Below are positions 58,034 through 64,000 of a DNA stretch of 64,000 nt, piece by piece. Source of the stretch: a virus. Below the pieces are notes generated by a model. It searched no databases, was not told the DNA's origin, and worked only from the letters and a program-made list of their open reading frames with translations. Each line of letters opens with the position of its first letter. Positions within the stretch are counted from its first letter, which is position 1. Both the position numbers and the translations under genes were made by a program. The DNA lies in the IMG/VR virus record IMGVR_UViG_3300046373_000069, positions 29,610 through 93,609 of that record; one strand, 5' to 3'.

Positions 58034-59210
58034 AATTATCCTGTTTCAAATGTTTATTTCTAACAAAGTCTACTAAGTCGTCATAGAGTTCATAGTGTGT
58101 TGCTTCTGTCTTAAACCCTTCAATGCTCTGAGGGACTACCTCAAACAGTTGTTTCAGTTCTGTTTCAATTCCTCGTGCAATATCTCCGTCAAATTTAAAC
58201 ACCTCAGACTCGGTGATCGTGCATCCGACCTTCCTTGCTCCGTTTTTGTGGTCGTTCAACCTTCTTTTAGGTGTGTTCGATATCCCGTAACCTGCAAACG
58301 GGGTTTCGCCCTCAAATTTTAACACATATAAGAAACCTGTTTTATGATCTTTGTAACCTGTTGTGTTACATTTACTGCACCACATATCGTGATTAAGATG
58401 CCATACAGTAGTCTCCCACTCTTCCTGATGCACATTGCACCACACCCGTATCGTACTGTTTGTCACAGAAGAACTCTTTTTGCCCCAACTAATAAACTCG
58501 AAATTAGGTCTATCTACTAGGAGTTTACTTACATCATACTCAGCTTGAGAATGAGTCCAATTTTGTTTGTGAGAACATCTGCAAGATTTGATGCCCTTAC
58601 CAAGACGTTGTCTGTCAGACTTGAATACTCCACTACAAAGACCTTCAGTCACGTACTCATCCTTGCTGCACTTTCCGCAGGTGTACTCCCACTGCTTTCT
58701 ACCGACTCTTTTAAAAATCGTCCCTTCGGCGAACGCTCCAGTAGACGTGAAGTCTGTGATGTACTCCTCAGTAGTTCTGCTCTTGCTGTCAGACATCCTC
58801 TCCGTCTTACAAGTAGGGCAAGAGCTTCCCTTGTCTAAAAAGCTGTACAAACGTGTGTTTGCCCAACGAACTCCGTGTTTGGTACAAGTAAGGTCTAAAA
58901 ATGTATTGTTAAACTTCCAATCTCCAACGAAGCCGTTAAAAGTGTATCCACGAGTTTGGCAAGCCCTATTTACTCTGACAACATATTGCTCTTTAGTCCA
59001 ATGTACAGCAGGGCTGCACCCACAAGGTAAAGTCGCCCTCAATATTGATTGCTTTGGCACTATGTACTCTGCCGCACCAAATAACTCAGGGTCTGTTGCG
59101 CAGGCGTGGCACTTGACACGCAACAGTCTAGAGCCGTTAGAAGCTATCGTACCGCTCCAACCAAGAACCTCCAGCTGATCACTACCCCCGTACCGTGCCC
59201 CCTCTTTCAC
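58014..59210 (-). mobile_element. Homing endonuclease-like protein with Zn-binding repeats and a C-terminal GIY-YIG-like domain
   Basis: CHAC..DPELFG, PCGC, CTKHG, CPTC; GFLYVL...GYGISN.P.RRL..H...E...GFKTEA. Confidence 0.75.
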
Positions 59211-59398
59211 ATGCCCTCCAACTGCTTCATCAGCTTGCGCTTCTTAACAATCTTACGGGCTTCCTTAATCTTCTCGACCATTTCATCTACGTTACGTTTC
59301 TTGTAGTAGATCAGGACAGTTGAAATAAGCTGTGCGTTGCTTGCTTCCACATGGTCGGCCAGTTCTTCGGTAGTGCAGTTACGGTAGTCAAAAGTCAT
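59207..59398 (-). CDS. 63-aa helical protein, paralog B (see 51856..52053)
   Basis: MTFDYRNCTTEELADHV...YYKK...KIKEAR; RBS AGGAG; own promoter. Confidence 0.75.
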   Translation of the reverse strand: MTFDYRNCTTEELADHVEASNAQLISTVLIYYKKRNVDEMVEKIKEARKIVKKRKLMKQLEGM

Positions 59399-59421
59399 AG
59401 TAGTTCTCCTATTAAAGAGAC

Positions 59422-59450
59422 AGTATACCACAACTAGTGCTTAAAGTCAA
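59422..59450 (-). promoter_or_regulatory. Sigma70 promoter of the paralog B-endonuclease-thyX operon
   Basis: TTGACT-17 bp-TATACT with extended -10 TG. Confidence 0.8.
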
Positions 59451-59453
59451 GTA

Positions 59454-60150
59454 TTATTTCTTCCACGCATCATGAAATTCCTCCATTGAAGAGTCGTAAC
59501 CTTCCCAGTGGGCCACACCGTTCTTCATAAGGCATTCGAGGATAAGCTCGCACTTCATTAGCCACGATAGAACTTCCGGCGGCGTGTAAACACGGTCATC
59601 CTCTTCAGGGCGGAGGTAGAAGCTGTCGGAGATGCCTCCAACGATTACTTCGGAGCGTTCTAGTTCGTCAGTCATACGTAATCCCACAGTGACTTTATAA
59701 GGGCAAGTGCTTTAACATCATCATCTGTTGCCCTGCGCAAGAAGTCGTCAGGTAGCCTGTCATCATGACTCTCTTCACATAGCCAATTGTTACTATTAAT
59801 ATAGTACGTTTTACCTAGTGAATGTTTTTTCCTGATTAGGTCTTGCATGTGGACGACAATGTCGCGTTCGGAAACTTGGACTTCCACATGTAGTTTTTGA
59901 ACTGCTGCTAAATTGATCATTTCATTAGTCCTTCCAGTCGATAGTAAGCTTCTGTCAAGTCAACCACTTCGTAGCGGCTCTGCTCAGCGAAGCTCTCAAT
60001 GTTGTACAAGCCAAGTTGACTCCGATGACACAGAAGTGCACTCTTAGCTGCGCCAACACTCACCCAGCCACACTTGGTGCCGATCCTGATAAAGGTGCCA
60101 TTGTCGCTGTCTACGATAGCGAAAATTTTAGTGCTCATCTTAACCCTCAC
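59454..60150 (-). CDS. Three small coupled hypothetical ORFs (59454..59687, 59672..59920, 59917..60150)
   Basis: Overlapping start and stop codons; 77-82 aa each. Confidence 0.55.
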
Positions 60151-61036
60151 TCATATCATCTGCATCACGCCAACCTTGGAAGATCGGGAACCGGAAGCTG
60201 TCCTTCGCACCAATCTCAAAATGCTTAAACTTAGCGAGTTTACCAAGATACTTATCCTGATTATCCCACACCTCAGCACGCCCTGCATCATCGAAGCCGC
60301 TGCCCATCGTAAAGCGAATACCGTTGCACATGCACACAAGAGCGCCCAGCGTACCCGCACCAACCATGCCCTCTTGAGCCTGACTGCGCTGCGTACGTCC
60401 AAGCTCGTTCGTCTTGGCCTCGTTAGTATTGTGCAGCTTTTCTTCAAAGCCAATCACAATAGCCTCGTCGTCCGAGAAGCGCTTGAGCTTACCAATGCCC
60501 TGCTCTTTGAACGTGCTGCGGCCCTGCTTGTACTTACCTGTTGGGCTGCGCTTCATGATGCCTTCGTAGCCATCCTCAAGAGACTTGGCCTCGAAAGCCA
60601 GCAGGTCTTGCTCACTATATGCAAGCTCCGAAGCCAAGCTGTAAACTTGTAGATTATCTGAATGGTAGATGATGTCGTGAACCAGCTCTTCACGAACCTC
60701 GTAAGCCTGCTCACTCAGATAATAGTCAAACACAACGAAGGCAATCTTCTCGGGGTCGAACTCTGGCTTAAGCTCAGTAGCCATCACAGCGGAGGTAGTG
60801 ACGTTGAACACGTTGGGTGCGCTCCACTCGCCGTACAGAAGCTCACCATCCAAGCCATTGAACTCAGGCTTGCCGAACAGTGATTGCACAACCTTGCTGC
60901 GGATGGGTTTCATGCTGCGCGACATTACCACGCCGTCTACGACGATTGCACGGATGCCGTCGAGTTTGACAGACAGCAGGCAAGGATAGGACTCCTTGGA
61001 CGTGTCTTCAATTGTGTATGCCAGCATTGGCTTCAT
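60140..61036 (-). CDS. lig: ATP-dependent DNA ligase
   Basis: KLDGIR, LDGEL, FVVFD, EGIM, KLK, GSGF, RFPIF. Confidence 0.93.
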   Translation of the reverse strand: MKPMLAYTIEDTSKESYPCLLSVKLDGIRAIVVDGVVMSRSMKPIRSKVVQSLFGKPEFNGLDGELLYGEWSAPNVFNVTTSAVMATELKPEFDPEKIAFVVFDYYLSEQAYEVREELVHDIIYHSDNLQVYSLASELAYSEQDLLAFEAKSLEDGYEGIMKRSPTGKYKQGRSTFKEQGIGKLKRFSDDEAIVIGFEEKLHNTNEAKTNELGRTQRSQAQEGMVGAGTLGALVCMCNGIRFTMGSGFDDAGRAEVWDNQDKYLGKLAKFKHFEIGAKDSFRFPIFQGWRDADDMSEG

Positions 61037-61314
61037 ACATCCTCCCACTCAGTAATCTCCACAACACGCTTCACAGGCACCACCTTGCGGAACTCTGGAT
61101 CGTAGCGTTCGCTGTCGCCCCAGTAGCCACTATTACTGCGAGAGAACGTCACTTCAAAATACTCGGTGTCGTCCCCTTGGCCCACTTGGTAGACGCAAGT
61201 GTTGTAGACAGTTTTGTGCTCTACTTCGTCGTCACCCTCTACGATGCATTTCACATCATCGCCGTAAATTTCACCGTCTTCGTAGTATTTGTCTTGGAAT
61301 TCTTGAATGTTCAA
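61033..61314 (-). CDS. Acidic hypothetical protein
   Basis: 93 aa, D/E-rich; RBS AAGGAG. Confidence 0.6.
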   Translation of the reverse strand: MNIQEFQDKYYEDGEIYGDDVKCIVEGDDEVEHKTVYNTCVYQVGQGDDTEYFEVTFSRSNSGYWGDSERYDPEFRKVVPVKRVVEITEWEDV

Positions 61315-61324
61315 AATGTTCTCC

Positions 61325-61669
61325 TTAATGAATTCGCACAGTGTGAATGATGTCTGCTACTACATTAGGGAACTTAGCTTCCCAGTCTGCCTTAGCCTTT
61401 GCCACGTTCTGGACAAGATTGTCTACATCTCGTGCGTTAATGGAGTATCCCACGTAGTAGTAATCTCCACGGTACAGGTCGAGACACTGCACGTTTGGGA
61501 AGCCTTCCTCCGAGTACGCAATTTCGCTAATATAATCGTCTCCCTCTGTGCAAAGTTCATCCTCGTGGGCCTCCGTCAGAACACCGTGCTCTCGCAGGAA
61601 TTCTACAGCGTCACCCGCGTAGTCGAACGTCTTACCAATTGCAAATACTGCTGTGTAGTCCACACCCAT
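61325..61669 (-). CDS. Acidic hypothetical protein
   Basis: 114 aa, MGVDY start; RBS AAGGAG. Confidence 0.6.
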   Translation of the reverse strand: MGVDYTAVFAIGKTFDYAGDAVEFLREHGVLTEAHEDELCTEGDDYISEIAYSEEGFPNVQCLDLYRGDYYYVGYSINARDVDNLVQNVAKAKADWEAKFPNVVADIIHTVRIH

Positions 61670-61670
61670 C

Positions 61671-62087
61671 TCACTTCTCCTTTAAGTTGTTAAACGTATG
61701 CCCACCAATCCTGATCTTGTCCCCAGCAAACCCGTGTGGCTTCCTCGCAAACCACTGGAAGCTATCATCAGGAAGAACTTCGTTATCCATGCGCCGGATA
61801 AGATCATACCTAACCTTTTGCCTCAACGCAAGCCTTATTTTCAGCCGACTGCGTGTTGCCCAGCTAAACTGCCCCTTCTCAAGCAACACCTTGCACACAC
61901 TCTTTCCCGACGACTTGGCCCTAGCCCTCACCACTTCGAGCACAGCCTTCTGCCCGAGGATGCCTTGGTTGGCAGCTTCAAAGTGTATTGCAGCTCGCTC
62001 ACATTGTGCTGTCGTCTGCCCCACAGCCTGCCCAGCAACGAACAGGAGACTTGCCAGAAGCCAGCGAGAGACGTGACAGCGGCTCAA
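61671..62087 (-). CDS. Cell wall hydrolase, SleB/Hydrolase_2-like
   Basis: Signal-like N-terminus, AIHFEA, GQKAV..V, SVC.V....QFSW, IGGHTF. Confidence 0.75.
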   Translation of the reverse strand: MSRCHVSRWLLASLLFVAGQAVGQTTAQCERAAIHFEAANQGILGQKAVLEVVRARAKSSGKSVCKVLLEKGQFSWATRSRLKIRLALRQKVRYDLIRRMDNEVLPDDSFQWFARKPHGFAGDKIRIGGHTFNNLKEK

Positions 62088-62482
62088 ATCCCATACTCAT
62101 AATCTTGCTGACAATCATAGATGTGCTCAGCCATGTCCTCAGCATCCCTTTCCCAGCCCTCACGAAGCGCCTGCTCCACAATATCAAGTTGCGCCTGTGT
62201 AAACACTTGCAACAGATCGACAGCAGGGGAAATCGTCACAACTACGCCTTCCTCAGTGCGGAACACTAACTCGTGGTAGGCGTACAAGCCGTCGAAAGCA
62301 AACCACTCAGGGCTAGAAGGCTCGTCCCACATGTTTCCTGGGATTGCTGGCTCATAGCTCCATTTAGCGCGGATAAGGAATGGCGCGATGTTGTGCGCTT
62401 CAATGTGTGCACTATTCACAGCAAGACTCATGTGTTGGATTTCCACCGTGTTACGCCCGTGGGATGCGTGATGGGTTTTCAT
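62084..62482 (-). CDS. Hypothetical protein
   Basis: 132 aa; RBS GGAG. Confidence 0.55.
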   Translation of the reverse strand: MKTHHASHGRNTVEIQHMSLAVNSAHIEAHNIAPFLIRAKWSYEPAIPGNMWDEPSSPEWFAFDGLYAYHELVFRTEEGVVVTISPAVDLLQVFTQAQLDIVEQALREGWERDAEDMAEHIYDCQQDYEYGI

Positions 62483-62502
62483 AGCTTCTCCAAAGTTAAG
62501 AC

Positions 62503-62527
62503 AAAAATATAGCCCGCGCTAGCGGGC
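62503..62527 (-). terminator. Terminator
   Basis: GCCCGC-UAGC-GCGGGC followed by UAUAUUUUU. Confidence 0.7.
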
Positions 62528-62545
62528 CTTCACACAGCAACCTTC

Positions 62546-62689
62546 TTAGAAATCCAAGTCCAGCACAATCTCGTCCAGCTCCTCGTAAATCACGACACCC
62601 CCCTCCAGCACACGCACGATATACTCCGCGCCGTCGAATTGGTTGGCAGCGGCTGCGGAGTCTTGCGAAGTTTGTTGTGCGAAGTTCAT
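62546..62689 (-). CDS. 47-aa acidic peptide (not in the ORF track)
   Basis: MNFAQQ...YEELDEIVLDLDF; RBS AGGAG; between a promoter and a terminator. Confidence 0.55.
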   Translation of the reverse strand: MNFAQQTSQDSAAAANQFDGAEYIVRVLEGGVVIYEELDEIVLDLDF

Positions 62690-62788
62690 TTTGGTGCTCC
62701 TAGAAAGTCCTTAGAGGACGTTGTGTGTATATTAATTTCGTATTTTTCTGGCTGGCGAGCAGTGCTGTGTTCGCCGTCCATGAACCGT

Positions 62789-62818
62789 AATGTACGCGTC
62801 TCTCAAGATTCCGGTCAA
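62789..62818 (-). promoter_or_regulatory. Leftward sigma70 promoter
   Basis: TTGACC-18 bp-TACATT with A/T-rich UP-like tract upstream. Confidence 0.6.
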
Positions 62819-62884
62819 GAACAATTTTGCGTTCACACAAGAAATTTTCACGCCGTTGTTCGGATTCCACAATGAAATTGAACT

Positions 62885-63036
62885 GTCAGACTCCTACGCC
62901 GCGCTCCTACGCCTCGTCGCATTCCTGCAAGGACGCATCCTCCCTATGAGATGCAGGCGCCCAGCCCACAGGAACGCCCCGTGTTCAATATTTATTTCTT
63001 GTAGGAGGTCCCGGACTAAGGTAGGATCAGTCTGAC
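62885..63036 (-). ncRNA. Candidate rod-like structured RNA
   Basis: Five nested stems; one 13-bp stem closes fully only with G-U pairs on the - strand. Confidence 0.5.
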
Positions 63037-63106
63037 GGAACGGGCACTGGGAAGAAACACAGCATAGTTGCTGAGTGTCAATTTCCTAGGAGTATTTTTA
63101 AATCGC

Positions 63107-63136
63107 TTGACAGCAGCCTCGGCAGGAGGCTACATT
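63107..63136 (+). promoter_or_regulatory. Rightward sigma70 promoter
   Basis: TTGACA-18 bp-TACATT; palindrome AGCCTC-N5-GAGGCT in the spacer. Confidence 0.65.
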
Positions 63137-63153
63137 ACAGACTTACCAAACAC

Positions 63154-63471
63154 ATGGGGGATGTTATGAACGTAGGAAAGAAGCCGCACAAGCACGCTGA
63201 GGTGATTAAAGCTTGGGCGGATGGGGCGGAGATTCAGTACAGGGCAGAAGGTTGTACGGGTAACTGGATGGACAATACCGATCCACTCTGGAACCTGAGT
63301 TTTGAATACCGCGTCAAGCCTCGGGAGTTTCCGAAGAGTAGCTTGTCAGACGAATTACTGGCGCGGGCAATATGCAACGGGTGGGTTTCTACAGAGGACT
63401 TGCGCACAATTGCTGACTTCGCTATCAAGCAGTACATCCTTGACTTAGAAAAGGAGGCCGCGAATGGATAA
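63154..63471 (+). CDS. Hypothetical phage protein (HKHAEVIKAWADG type)
   Basis: Motif plus P.W....EYRVKP; start may be 63166. Confidence 0.6.
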   Translation: MGDVMNVGKKPHKHAEVIKAWADGAEIQYRAEGCTGNWMDNTDPLWNLSFEYRVKPREFPKSSLSDELLARAICNGWVSTEDLRTIADFAIKQYILDLEKEAANG

Positions 63472-63700
63472 GATTTCTGTAAATGACGGGAAGTACACTG
63501 TAGTGATTGCCGAAGGAAAACTGAGCGCGCTCCGCTACGGCGAGCCTTGGCGTGACCTCACCGGGGACAACCTGGTGTATTGGCTTGCGGTGGAGCTTCA
63601 GTCTGCGAGGGAGACAATCGGGGAACTAATTTGGAAGGATTTGGAAATTCAACCGGAATCTGAAACTCAAAATTCAGGCATCGGCGCCGACAATTTTTAG
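63464..63700 (+). CDS. Hypothetical protein
   Basis: DGKYTV...ALRYGEPWRD..GDNL; RBS AGGAGG. Confidence 0.6.
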   Translation: MDKISVNDGKYTVVIAEGKLSALRYGEPWRDLTGDNLVYWLAVELQSARETIGELIWKDLEIQPESETQNSGIGADNF

Positions 63701-64000
63701 AACGTACTACAGCAAAACCCAGCCCTCCAGCTTCAGCGAGGGCTGTCCCCGCCAGCATACCTTTCCAGAAAGCAACATTGCTCAGAATCAACATAAATGT
63801 TGCTCTAAATCAATTCACAATTTCCTTCTGGCAACACCCTGCCACGCCCCTCGCAGGGCTGTATTTACAAGGGAATTTGAACGACTCTCCCTCTTCTTCA
63901 ATATCGTGCAAGCCCAGCTGAAATACAAGCTATAAAAATATATTCTTTGCCGCATCTTTCTGTGCGTGCTCGGGTTGTGTTCCTGTAATGTTGCTGTATA

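Noticed and set aside
61033-61669. Acidic ORFs as DNA-mimic anti-restriction proteins
   Set aside because: Acidity alone is insufficient; no recognised Ocr, Ard or Acr motif
1-64000. tRNA genes, CRISPR array, integrase or repressor, tail sheath
   Set aside because: None recognised by eye; tRNAscan and repeat finders were not run, so short elements could be missed

Overview
64 kb of a tailed dsDNA phage infecting a Gram-negative host (it has an Rz/Rz1 spanin pair). The tail looks non-contractile: a tail tube gene and a 1966-aa tape measure, with no sheath gene in the window. The + strand (1-34.7 kb) carries the terminase C-terminus, portal, S49 protease, scaffold, decoration and major capsid genes, then head-tail joining, tail and lysis genes. 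Two cassettes of carbohydrate-active or adhesin-like proteins are inserted in the head/neck module. The - strand (34.8-62.8 kb) carries DNA metabolism (class Ia RNR, ThyX, family-B DNA polymerase, T7-like primase-helicase, SSB, two exonucleases, ATP-dependent ligase, HD and MazG-like enzymes), an Acb2 anti-CBASS sponge and many small ORFs. A divergent promoter region lies near 63 kb. About ten homing-endonuclease-like ORFs are present. No integrase, tRNA or CRISPR array was seen. Main leads: (1) a duplicated unit of sigma70 promoter + 63-65-aa helical protein + translationally coupled endonuclease, in front of both the DNA polymerase and thyX; (2) a ~155-nt rod-like structured RNA candidate between the divergent promoters; (3) an H-type pseudoknot in the SSB leader; (4) a 60-bp GC-rich piece resembling a bacterial SNF2 helicase gene inside a phage gene; (5) an Acb2 with an apparently altered trinucleotide pocket. 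Family assignments come from motif recognition only; no searches or folding programs were run.
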